A DNA stretch of 64,000 nt, taken from an uncultured Gammaproteobacteria bacterium (GTDB lineage Bacteria; Patescibacteriota; Microgenomatia; Levybacterales; UBA12049). This document shows positions 46,770 through 55,329 of this stretch, one piece after another. Below the pieces are notes generated by a model. It had not been told where the DNA came from and ran no database searches. It saw nothing but the letters and a program-made list of their open reading frames with translations. Positions within the stretch are counted from its first letter, which is position 1; every line of letters begins with the position of its first letter. The DNA is taken from the NCBI GenBank assembly GCA_964474445.1, contig CAYYSJ010000007.1:3112-67111 (forward strand), in the 5' to 3' direction. A program made the translations under genes and the position numbers.

Positions 46770-48524
46770 TTATTCAAAATGATACTTGCTTTCCGCAAGA
46801 CGGTAAATTCTCTGCCAGAAAAAACGATTAATGGTAAAAACAAGAATAGCCATGGTTATGGTACTAATAAGTAGTAGATGAAAATTATTCGTATTTGCAG
46901 CTTCAGCAATAGTCGCTCCAAGCCCTACTGTTTGATGTACTTTCCCTGCAAAAGTGACATACTCAGAGACAATACTTGCATTCCACGCTCCACCTGTTGC
47001 AGTAATCATTCCGGTAACAAGATAAGGGAAAATAGAAGGGAGAATTAAGTATCGCCATCTGTTCCATCCTCTAATTTGATAGATTGTCGTTGCTTCCCGA
47101 AGGTCATTAGGAATTGCCATTGCCCCTGCAATCACATTAAATAGTACATACCACTGCGTTCCCAGAAGCATTAAGACGACAGCAGCAATATTTAATCCAC
47201 TTGGAAGAAACAAAAGAAGCAAGAGTAATGCAGGGAAAAGTGCTGTTGCAGGAACTGAGGCTGTCATTTGGATAATTGGCTGCACCCTTTTTGCCCATTT
47301 TGGATTCAGGCCAACCGTAACTCCAACAGGAACAGTCCAGAGGAGAGATATCAGGAGAGCTGACATAGTCCGAAGGAGAGTCACCACAGCTCCTGTTCCA
47401 ATCATTTTCCATTCAAGTGAGCTAATTTGTTTGACAATACCCAATGTCACAATAACCCCTATAACAAATAACACGACACATACGAATAGCAAGAATGCAG
47501 TGGCAATAGATTTTGTTGGAACCGTTTGTTTCCTTATATGCATTGGTTCTACCAATTCCTGTTTGTTGTCTCCACTACTAAACACCAAATCGATAAGTGT
47601 CACAAGAGGTATAAAAAGTACCTTTTCCAAAAAAGTCAAAATCCGTGATTGCAGAAGAAGTGATAAAAACCACGAATGAGGCTTTTCATCGGACTCATTT
47701 TGTTCTAATTTGAATCGATCTCCCCACGCAACAAGTGGACGCCACAGGAGCTGATCCAGAAGCACAATAACACAGATAAGAGTCCCGAGTCCCAACAGCA
47801 ACGCAATGATATTCCCTTGATTTGCAGCAGCTTGTAGATATGATCCAATGCCGGGGAGTTGGAAACTTTTCGTCCCTAAGGTAAATTGTTCTGATGCCAT
47901 CAGAAAAAACCACCCTCCTGCCCAACTCATCATTGAATTCCAAATAATAGAAATTGTTCCTGAAGGAATTTCTAAACGAGTAAATCGTTGCCAAAAGTTT
48001 AAATGGTTTATGAAAGCTACTTCTTTTAACTCCTCTGGAATAGTAAGAAGCGTTTGATAAAAGCCAAACGTAATATTCCACGCTTGGGAAGTAAAGATAA
48101 GAATAACTGCTGCAAGTTCCAAACCAAGGTTCGTGTGAGGAAATAATGCAACCAACCCAAGAACAACTCCTGGCATAAACGAAAGGATCGGAATACTTTG
48201 CAACACATCAAGTATTGGAATCATGATTCCTTCTGTTCTTCGACTCATGACTGCAATACGAGCATAGAGAAAACTAAAAAGAAGAGCTATCACATAGGCA
48301 ATTGCCATTCTTCCTGTTGAGAGCACTGCATAATATGGGAGTTTTGTTGGTGAAAGATCAATACTAAAGTTTTGGTTAACAGGAGCATGCCATTGTACTG
48401 AAAGTATGATAATAAAATAGAGAAGGGAGAAAAGAACTCCGAACACCAATAGATCTGAAACAAAAGAATGTTTCTTCGGAAGGATTATATTATGAAATCC
48501 TTGTCTAGTATATGTGTGTGCCAT
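46770..48524 (-). CDS. ABC transporter permease with duplicated transmembrane domain
   Basis: 584 aa with two consecutive BPD-type permease units (~12 TM); NitT/TauT-like. Immediately upstream of its ATPase. Confidence 0.7.
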   Translation of the reverse strand: MAHTYTRQGFHNIILPKKHSFVSDLLVFGVLFSLLYFIIILSVQWHAPVNQNFSIDLSPTKLPYYAVLSTGRMAIAYVIALLFSFLYARIAVMSRRTEGIMIPILDVLQSIPILSFMPGVVLGLVALFPHTNLGLELAAVILIFTSQAWNITFGFYQTLLTIPEELKEVAFINHLNFWQRFTRLEIPSGTISIIWNSMMSWAGGWFFLMASEQFTLGTKSFQLPGIGSYLQAAANQGNIIALLLGLGTLICVIVLLDQLLWRPLVAWGDRFKLEQNESDEKPHSWFLSLLLQSRILTFLEKVLFIPLVTLIDLVFSSGDNKQELVEPMHIRKQTVPTKSIATAFLLFVCVVLFVIGVIVTLGIVKQISSLEWKMIGTGAVVTLLRTMSALLISLLWTVPVGVTVGLNPKWAKRVQPIIQMTASVPATALFPALLLLLLFLPSGLNIAAVVLMLLGTQWYVLFNVIAGAMAIPNDLREATTIYQIRGWNRWRYLILPSIFPYLVTGMITATGGAWNASIVSEYVTFAGKVHQTVGLGATIAEAANTNNFHLLLISTITMAILVFTINRFFWQRIYRLAESKYHFE

Positions 48525-48590
48525 ATGTGTATATTACCGTCTTCTGCCTTTCAACAGACGGGTAGTCTCTTGTCTAGTAGGCATCTCCTT

Positions 48591-49892
48591 TTAGTGTCCT
48601 AACGTGAAAATCATCGCAACTGCCGCAGCACCCATTGAAATAAAGGTTATCCAAACTACTACTTGGGAAAGCCATCCACTAGCATACTCTCCCATAATTT
48701 TTTTATTTGCTGCTATTTTTGCAATAAGGAAAATTAGCGGTACCGCAACAACCCCATTAATCACTGCCGTTACAACAAGCGCTTTAATTGGATCAAGACC
48801 AATAAAGTTAATCATTAAGCCAATGAGTGTAGCAATAGTGATAACGCCATAAAATCCATGTGCACGTTTGAGCTTTAAATTGAGTCCTTCCTTCCAGCTA
48901 AATGCTTCAGAGAATGCATACGAAGCAGAGCATGATAAGACAGGAATAGCAAGAAGTCCTAATCCGATAATGCCAATAGAGAAAATGAGTTTTGCAAGAT
49001 ATCCAGAGTTAGGAAAGGTATGTACCAATGGTTCTAATGCTTTTGCTGCATCTGCCGAGGTTGCAATATTTGTAACTCCATGGGAATTCAGTACTGTTGC
49101 AGTGACGACAATAATACACCAGGTGACAGCCTCTGAAGCAAACATACCAAACGCATTATCAATACGCATGTTTTTCACTATTCTCCATACATTTTTTGGT
49201 TCTCCATCTGCATTCAGTTCATGATGTGCTTTCTCTTCTTCAACTTCTTGGTTCGCTTCCCAGAAAAATAAGTAAGGAGAAATTGTTGTCCCAAGAACAC
49301 CTGTGATAATAAAAAGAAATGCAAAGCTAAATTCAAAGTGAGGAAGAATCGTTGCTTTTACAATAGTCTGAAATGGAAGATGAATAATAAGAAGAGTTAA
49401 TGGGTATGCAAGAAGAGCTATGGCTAACCATTTGAGGATACGAGAATAAACATAATAGTTAGTAAATATTTCAAGGGTAAGAATAAAGGCCGTAAAAAAG
49501 AGTGTCCAGATCACAAAATGAAATGGAAGAATTAAATTTGCAGCAGCAGCTAATGCCCCAATGTCTGCTCCAATGTTGATTGTGTTTGCAATTAAAACAA
49601 GAACGACGACACCATATAGTACCTTTTTACTATAGTTGTCTCGTACTACAGCAGCAATCCCTTTTCCTGTGACAATACCTATTCTTGCACAAGCTTCTTG
49701 AACTGCAATCATTAAAGGAAGCATCGCAATTGCTGTCCATAGTTGTCCATATCCAAATTGAGCACCTGTTTGAGAATACGTTGCAATACCAGATGGATCA
49801 TCATCTGCCGCTCCAGTAACTAATCCTGGCCCTAATACGCGAAAAAATTTGCGAGAATTCTTCTTTGTGTTATGCAGTAGTTCTTTTATCAT
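48591..49892 (-). CDS. Nramp-family transporter, NRMT-like paralog 2
   Basis: 433 aa. TM1 'GPGLVTGAADDDPSGIATYSQTGAQFGYGQLW' has DDDPSG in place of DPGN. TM6 'GTTISPY' replaces 'GAxxMPH'. Confidence 0.75.
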   Translation of the reverse strand: MIKELLHNTKKNSRKFFRVLGPGLVTGAADDDPSGIATYSQTGAQFGYGQLWTAIAMLPLMIAVQEACARIGIVTGKGIAAVVRDNYSKKVLYGVVVLVLIANTINIGADIGALAAAANLILPFHFVIWTLFFTAFILTLEIFTNYYVYSRILKWLAIALLAYPLTLLIIHLPFQTIVKATILPHFEFSFAFLFIITGVLGTTISPYLFFWEANQEVEEEKAHHELNADGEPKNVWRIVKNMRIDNAFGMFASEAVTWCIIVVTATVLNSHGVTNIATSADAAKALEPLVHTFPNSGYLAKLIFSIGIIGLGLLAIPVLSCSASYAFSEAFSWKEGLNLKLKRAHGFYGVITIATLIGLMINFIGLDPIKALVVTAVINGVVAVPLIFLIAKIAANKKIMGEYASGWLSQVVVWITFISMGAAAVAMIFTLGH

Positions 49893-49976
49893 GCCTTATT
49901 TATCTTCCTTATCTATTTTGCTCCTATTTTTTCATATATTGCAATAGCTAAGAGGATTTATATGTTGAAGTGATGT

Positions 49977-50201
49977 TTATTCGTTATCTCCCATACTTTT
50001 TTGTAATTCTTGGTGTGCTTTTTCTGTTAGTTCCATTGCTTGTTTACCTAATTCATAAGCTTTTTGTGTATGTTCTACCTCTTTTTCTTTATTTCCTAAC
50101 GCTCTATGAATTGCAGCTCGCTGATGATGTTCTTCCACTTTTTCGTGAAGCGTTGCAGCATCTAAATGAAGTGATAATGTATCGTCCATAAAATACTTCA
50201 T
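49977..50201 (-). CDS. Small His/Glu-rich helical protein, hypothetical
   Basis: 74 aa, hydrophilic, His-rich ('HLDAATLHEKVEEHHQRAAIHRALGNKEKEVEH'). Codirectional between the two Nramp-like genes. I prefer it to the antisense ORF 49970..50191. Confidence 0.3.
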   Translation of the reverse strand: MKYFMDDTLSLHLDAATLHEKVEEHHQRAAIHRALGNKEKEVEHTQKAYELGKQAMELTEKAHQELQKSMGDNE

Positions 50202-50247
50202 GCGACTTCTCTTTTTTATTCAAAAAACACAATAAGAGATTCCTAAC

Positions 50248-51930
50248 TTAATGTCCCGTTGCAAGTTGTACAACTTTGATAATCATTAGTAATGCAGCAA
50301 CAACTAAGTATCCTCGAAGCGTATACATACCGATTTTTCTTGTTAATGACCATTCAGGTTTTGGTAATGTCTCTAATGGTTGCATTCTCCAATTCATTTT
50401 TTCCTCAAGAGACATCAATTCTTTTTTCTCTGTCTTTTTCTTACTAAATAGATAGAATCCTCCTGTTATCAGAAGCCCGGCAATAAGAGCACTTCCGGTC
50501 CAAACAGTTACTTGAGTTCCATCAAGATTTGGGAAAAGCGTTGTCGCAGCAAGAATAAAGGAGAGCATAACTAACACTCCAATAATGATACCTGCAATTG
50601 CATTAAGCCATTTTGTATTTACCCAAGGGCCAAGCACATGTTTATCGTTGCACAAAAGGACAAGAAATACAGTGGCCGATGGAAGAAGAATGCCAGCTAA
50701 AGCTTGTACAGCAAGGTTAATAAGCCCAAGAGGAGCATGAGGAATAAGCACTATTGCTGCTGCAAGAACAACAAGGACTGAATAAGAAATGTAGAAGAAT
50801 TTTGCATCTTTAAATGATCTATGGAGTGAATGATGCATTCGAAATACATCTCCAAATGCATATGAAGTTGAAAGGGTAACTGCAGCAGCACCAATCACTG
50901 CAGCATCTATAAGAATTATTGCCCCCATAGCTCCTGCTTGATGTCCAAATGTTGTAGCAAGACCACTAATGACTCCTGTCATATCTGAAAACTGTCCTGT
51001 AAGTTTTGTTCCTGCAAATGCAAAAGCAGTTACGATGATCATGGCAGCAGCACCAAATTCGGTAACAAATGATCCAAAAATGGTATCCATTACTTCATAT
51101 TTAAGCCAGCGAGGAGTAATTCTCTTGTCAATAACGTTTGACTGTTGGAAAAACAATTGCCATGGAGCAACAGTAGTCCCAACAATACTCACAATAAGAA
51201 GGAGTACGGTGGAGTTAAGTCCTCCTGCTATTCCAGGAATAAACGTATCATGGAGAACTGGCATCCAGTGAGGGTGAACCATGAGAGCTAATGGATAAAC
51301 CAGAAATGAGAAGACAATAAAGCCGTACATAAATTGCTCCCAACGTTTGAAGCTTCCAGTAAGTGCAGTTGCAATAAGGATTGTGGCAAATAAGGGAACA
51401 GACAGGTATGGAGGAATTCCAAAGTAAAGTGCACCTTGAGAAATACCAATAAATTCAGTGACAATAGTAAGAAAGTTTAAAATAAATAAATCCCCTGCTG
51501 AGAAAAATCCCCAGAATTTTCCAAACCGTTCAATAATCATGCGAGCATGTCCGACACCTGTCACAGCACCAAGACGAGCAACCATTTCTTGATTCACAAT
51601 AAGAACAGGTATAAGAAGGAAGAGCGTCCACATAAGAGAAGTGCCGTAATTTTGTCCTGCTTGCATGTATGTAGCAACTCCTCCCGCATCGTTATCACCA
51701 ACCATAACAATGAGCCCTGGACCCATGATCACTAAAAACGCAAGAAGTTTTTTTAATAGTCCTTTATGCTGATATGGATGTTCATCTTTTCGGATAGTAC
51801 CCCATGCGCCATAGATATCACCCAAGTGGGCTGGATCTAACACAGCACTCCCCGCATGAGAGTCAACCTCATGTGGATGAGGTAAATATTTATAATAAAC
51901 GTTTTTGAAAAATTCTTTCATCACAAACAC
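50248..51930 (-). CDS. Nramp-family transporter, NRMT-like paralog 3 (extended C-terminus)
   Basis: 560 aa. TM1 'MGPGLIVMVGDNDAGGVATYMQAGQNYGTSLMW'. TM6 'GTTVAPW'. Extra C-terminal TM helices and a ~60-aa tail. Confidence 0.75.
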   Translation of the reverse strand: MFVMKEFFKNVYYKYLPHPHEVDSHAGSAVLDPAHLGDIYGAWGTIRKDEHPYQHKGLLKKLLAFLVIMGPGLIVMVGDNDAGGVATYMQAGQNYGTSLMWTLFLLIPVLIVNQEMVARLGAVTGVGHARMIIERFGKFWGFFSAGDLFILNFLTIVTEFIGISQGALYFGIPPYLSVPLFATILIATALTGSFKRWEQFMYGFIVFSFLVYPLALMVHPHWMPVLHDTFIPGIAGGLNSTVLLLIVSIVGTTVAPWQLFFQQSNVIDKRITPRWLKYEVMDTIFGSFVTEFGAAAMIIVTAFAFAGTKLTGQFSDMTGVISGLATTFGHQAGAMGAIILIDAAVIGAAAVTLSTSYAFGDVFRMHHSLHRSFKDAKFFYISYSVLVVLAAAIVLIPHAPLGLINLAVQALAGILLPSATVFLVLLCNDKHVLGPWVNTKWLNAIAGIIIGVLVMLSFILAATTLFPNLDGTQVTVWTGSALIAGLLITGGFYLFSKKKTEKKELMSLEEKMNWRMQPLETLPKPEWSLTRKIGMYTLRGYLVVAALLMIIKVVQLATGH

Positions 51931-52094
51931 CTCCTATGTAAAAGGTAATATTGGAAAGTTCGCCTGAAAGAAGAGGATTATCTAAGAGGAACCATACAAA
52001 AATAATCTACAATCTCTTATAAACTCTTTTTGTTTAGCGACGTCTTAACACCTCTTCTCGTTGAGCTTCGACTATTGCTGAAAGACGTATGCGT

Positions 52095-52268
52095 ACTACT
52101 CTATTCGTTCTAACCTAATCTAAATCAATGAAATTAAGCTATTGCAAGCTACTTTGGATTAATCCTTACTCCGGAAAAATCTGTCCTGACCTTGACCGTC
52201 TCTCGACGTGGGGGGTCAGCAGCTTGTATTCTTTCAGCAGTCTCACCTAACGAGGTGCAACTAACTAT
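52095..52268 (-). ncRNA. Candidate M-box (ykoK) Mg2+-sensing riboswitch in the leader of the Nramp-like operon
   Basis: Minus-strand leader reads ...CGTTAGGTGAGACTGCTGAAAGAATACAAGCTGCTGACCCCCCACGTCGAGAGACGGTCAAGGTCAGGACAG... This aligns with the Bacillus mgtE M-box core 'CGUUAGGUGAGGCUCCUGUAUGGAGAUACGCUGCUGCCCAAAAAUGUCCAAAGACG' as I recall it, with conserved GUUAGGUGAG, GCUGCUG.CCC, AGACG and CAGGACA boxes. About 330 nt of leader lie upstream of the Nramp ATG. Confidence 0.55.
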
Positions 52269-52276
52269 CTGTGGAA

Positions 52277-52306
52277 ATTATAAAACTTTAAATTTTAGTT
52301 TGTCAA
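52277..52306 (-). promoter_or_regulatory. Strong sigma70-type promoter driving the M-box/Nramp-like operon
   Basis: Minus-strand TTGACA (plus-strand 52301-52306), 18-nt spacer, TATAAT (plus-strand 52277-52282); perfect consensus hexamers. Confidence 0.5.
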
Positions 52307-52366
52307 CCCCTCAAAAAGTATTTACTATTTTTCCAATATTGACAATCTAAACTACATAAGTATAGA

Positions 52367-52780
52367 ATGTCAATATCTGAGCAACTGCTCATATATACAT
52401 ATATCACAATGGATCCAATTAACAAAGAACATATCCATAAAGGAGAAAAAGCAATACCACCAAAACCTCTTCTTGAGGTAGTAGTACAAGTATTTGAAGC
52501 ACTTGGTGATGAAACTCGAGCAAAGATTCTTTACGCAGTGAGGAAACAAGAAATGTCAGTTCGAGATTTAGCAATCATTATCGATATTTCTGAATCTGCA
52601 ATTTCCCACCAATTAAAATATTTAAAAACAAGACATTTAGTAAAATCACGAAGAGATGGAAATGTCATCTACTACAAAGTAAGTTTTAGACATTTATCAG
52701 CACTCCTTAAAGAAGCAGAGTATTATGCGGATCACCTGAAAAGTAAATTACCTGACCACCCCTATAGAGAAGATGAATAA
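52367..52780 (+). CDS. ArsR/SmtB-family metalloregulatory transcriptional repressor
   Basis: 137 aa. 'ALGDETRAKILYAV..EMSVRDLAIIIDISESAISHQLKYLKTRHLVKSRRDGNVIYY' winged-HTH of ArsR type. The start may be the internal 'MDPINK'. Confidence 0.75.
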   Translation: MSISEQLLIYTYITMDPINKEHIHKGEKAIPPKPLLEVVVQVFEALGDETRAKILYAVRKQEMSVRDLAIIIDISESAISHQLKYLKTRHLVKSRRDGNVIYYKVSFRHLSALLKEAEYYADHLKSKLPDHPYREDE

Positions 52781-52782
52781 CT

Positions 52783-53718
52783 ATGCATAAACAGCTGCCA
52801 CACAACCATATGAAAGGCCACTCTGAGGAACACACTCATGGAACGATTGATCCGTCAATCACAACAAGTGACAAAGGATTATGGGCACTGAAATGGTCTA
52901 TGGTAGGCTTTATTATTACCTCTGGTATTCAATTTCTTATTGTTTTATTCTCAGGGAGTGTTGCATTGCTCACTGATGCAATTCATAATTTTGGTGATGC
53001 TGGAACAGCTATTCCTTTATGGTTTGCATTCCAAGTATCCAAGCGTAAACCAAATCAGAAATTTGCCTATGGATTAGGACGAGCAGAAGACTTGGCAGGA
53101 CTTTTTATCCTCGTTGTTATTTTATTCACAACAATTATTGCAGGATATCAAGCAACATACCGGCTTATCCATCCCCAACATTTACAAAACTTGTGGATTG
53201 TATTATTCGCTGCTCTTATTGGTTTTGTTGGAAATGAGACTATTGGACTCCTTCGTATTAAGGTAGGTAAAGAAATCCATAGTGCAGCCTTGGTTGCCGA
53301 TGGACAACATGCTCGTATTGATGGACTGGCAAGCCTTTCAGTTATTATTGGTGTTATCGGCGCTTGGCTGGGATATACAATTGTTGACCCACTCGTTGGT
53401 ATCGGTATTATCCTCATTGTATTACATACCCTTTGGGAAGCTGGAAAAGAAATACTTGTGAGACTCCTGGATGGTGTTGATGAAGAAGTGATTCATCAAA
53501 TACAACATACAGCAGACCATATAGATGGAGTCGGAAAATTTACTGACATAAGAGCAAGGTGGAGTGGCCACTTTTTGTTTGTTGAATTGACAATTTTAGT
53601 ACAACATAACCTGACTGTTGAAAAGGGACACACAATTGCAAGCAATGTTAGACACGAACTTCTTCATCATATGCCTCACATTGCAGACGTTACTGTTCAT
53701 GTAGAGCCCGTGAAATAG
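52783..53718 (+). CDS. Cation diffusion facilitator (CDF) family divalent-metal efflux transporter (CzcD/ZitB-like)
   Basis: 311 aa. His-rich N-terminus 'HNHMKGHSEEHTHG'. TM2 'LLTDAIHNFGDAGTAI' and TM5 'HARIDGLASLSVIIG' metal-site motifs. C-terminal cytoplasmic domain. Confidence 0.85.
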   Translation: MHKQLPHNHMKGHSEEHTHGTIDPSITTSDKGLWALKWSMVGFIITSGIQFLIVLFSGSVALLTDAIHNFGDAGTAIPLWFAFQVSKRKPNQKFAYGLGRAEDLAGLFILVVILFTTIIAGYQATYRLIHPQHLQNLWIVLFAALIGFVGNETIGLLRIKVGKEIHSAALVADGQHARIDGLASLSVIIGVIGAWLGYTIVDPLVGIGIILIVLHTLWEAGKEILVRLLDGVDEEVIHQIQHTADHIDGVGKFTDIRARWSGHFLFVELTILVQHNLTVEKGHTIASNVRHELLHHMPHIADVTVHVEPVK

Positions 53719-53924
53719 CAAGAGAACACGAAGAGAAACCACCATTGTTGAAATTTATTGACAAGCACATGAAATAGGTATAGCATATGCGCATGAACCA
53801 AAACATAAAGCCAAATCTTCCAACAACGCTTATTTTTCTTCCAGATCCAGGAGTATCCTATGCTGATTTTCTAGACAATATGCTCATTTTGAGAAAATAA
53901 ACGAAGTAACTAGAAAATCAGCAC

Positions 53925-53948
53925 GACCAGCCAAAAGGCTGGTTTTTT
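53925..53948 (+). terminator. Rho-independent terminator after the CDF gene
   Basis: ACCAGCC-AAAA-GGCTGGT 7-bp stem followed by TTTTTTT. Confidence 0.55.
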
Positions 53949-54473
53949 TGTGGCAAAAATAAATATATGAAAGAACATAATTTTTTTGATTCAGATATAT
54001 TGTTCACAATATCACTTGTCCTGCTCGCACTTATAATCAGTGTTCCTTTTATCTTAGGGAAAGCATCTCCTTTTTTTGGAGGAATAATTTTTGCAGCAGT
54101 TTCATATTTTGTTATTGCGGCTCTATAAGTATGTAGAACTAAGGAGAAGTCTTTATGTGGGGAAATAGCTGGTATTATCTTCTCAATGAAGAACTTGCAG
54201 AAGAAAATAATATAAATCTTAGTGAGGAAACAAGTAAGATGTATCACTCCTGTTTTCTGTTATTAGGGGTGTCTCTTGTAACAATGATGAAAAAATTATT
54301 TTTACTTAGTAAAAAAACTCTCTCTATTGTTATTATCCTATTATCCATAGTGCTGATTACAGTACTTTATTGGAACCTTGTTAATAATCTCATGAAACGA
54401 AGTCACAACGAGACATTTAGTGGTCGAGGTCCAATTCTGCATAAAGTACCCGTAAACACAAAATAGCTGTTTC

Positions 54474-55247
54474 CTATTCTTGAAAAAATTCTAGAAGCAC
54501 AGGGAGGAGAAGGTTTGGTTTGATCATATGGGACATACCTTCTATGTCCACTTGTTTTGCATTTGGAATTATTTTTGTTACTGCCGCTACAGCTTTTCTT
54601 AAGCTTTCAGCGCTTTTTACTCCAGTAATAACAATTGTTGGCACAGTAATAGATGCTGCAGCTTTAGGAACGCTATTGTCCCCCATAATGGCAATATCGT
54701 AAGGTAAAGTATGTGCTACTGACATATTTTTTGCCCATACTCCTGGTATTAACCGCATGATATAAGTAAAGAAGGCGGGCATTCCCATAATTTTTGTTAG
54801 GAAATAGGTGACTGCATCACTTCGTTTATTATCCACAATCATCTGGTTCAGTTGCTGTATTAGATTTGCAGGTGGTTTCGTACCAACATAGGGAGGCTCA
54901 AAAAGAGCAAGTTTTTTTACCTTTACTCCCTTTGCAACAGCTTGCAGTGCTAACGCAGCACCAGAAGAAAATCCAACCATGTATGTTGGCTCGGCAATAG
55001 CCTTGACAACAGCTTGCAAATCTTCTATTTCTTTCTCAACAAGATATGGTTGTGTATTCCCACTCTCCCCACGACCTCGACGATCGTATGAATACACAGT
55101 AAAATGTTGTAAAAGCAATGGCATCATCATTGGCGTGGTTCCGGAGTCTCGAAAACAAAACGCACCATCAACTAGTATCAGGTTAGGACCCTTTCCTCTT
55201 TTTTCATAAATAATTTCCGTACCGTCTTTTGAAATTACTTTAGGCAT
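54474..55247 (-). CDS. Alpha/beta hydrolase fold protein
   Basis: 257 aa. Nucleophile elbow 'VGFSSGAALAL' (GxSxG), oxyanion region 'LILVDGAF'. Confidence 0.75.
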   Translation of the reverse strand: MPKVISKDGTEIIYEKRGKGPNLILVDGAFCFRDSGTTPMMMPLLLQHFTVYSYDRRGRGESGNTQPYLVEKEIEDLQAVVKAIAEPTYMVGFSSGAALALQAVAKGVKVKKLALFEPPYVGTKPPANLIQQLNQMIVDNKRSDAVTYFLTKIMGMPAFFTYIMRLIPGVWAKNMSVAHTLPYDIAIMGDNSVPKAAASITVPTIVITGVKSAESLRKAVAAVTKIIPNAKQVDIEGMSHMIKPNLLLPVLLEFFQE

Positions 55248-55329
55248 ATCTTTTACCAGAGTATCATACTACAGATGTTTTTTAAAAGGTATATGAAGAG
55301 ATATATATTCTACCACCTACCAGAGTGGT

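Noticed and set aside
49970-50191. Plus-strand 73-aa hydrophobic ORF
   Set aside because: It is antisense to, and almost coextensive with, the codirectional small His-rich ORF inside the minus-strand Nramp operon. The hydrophobic reading is a typical antisense artefact.
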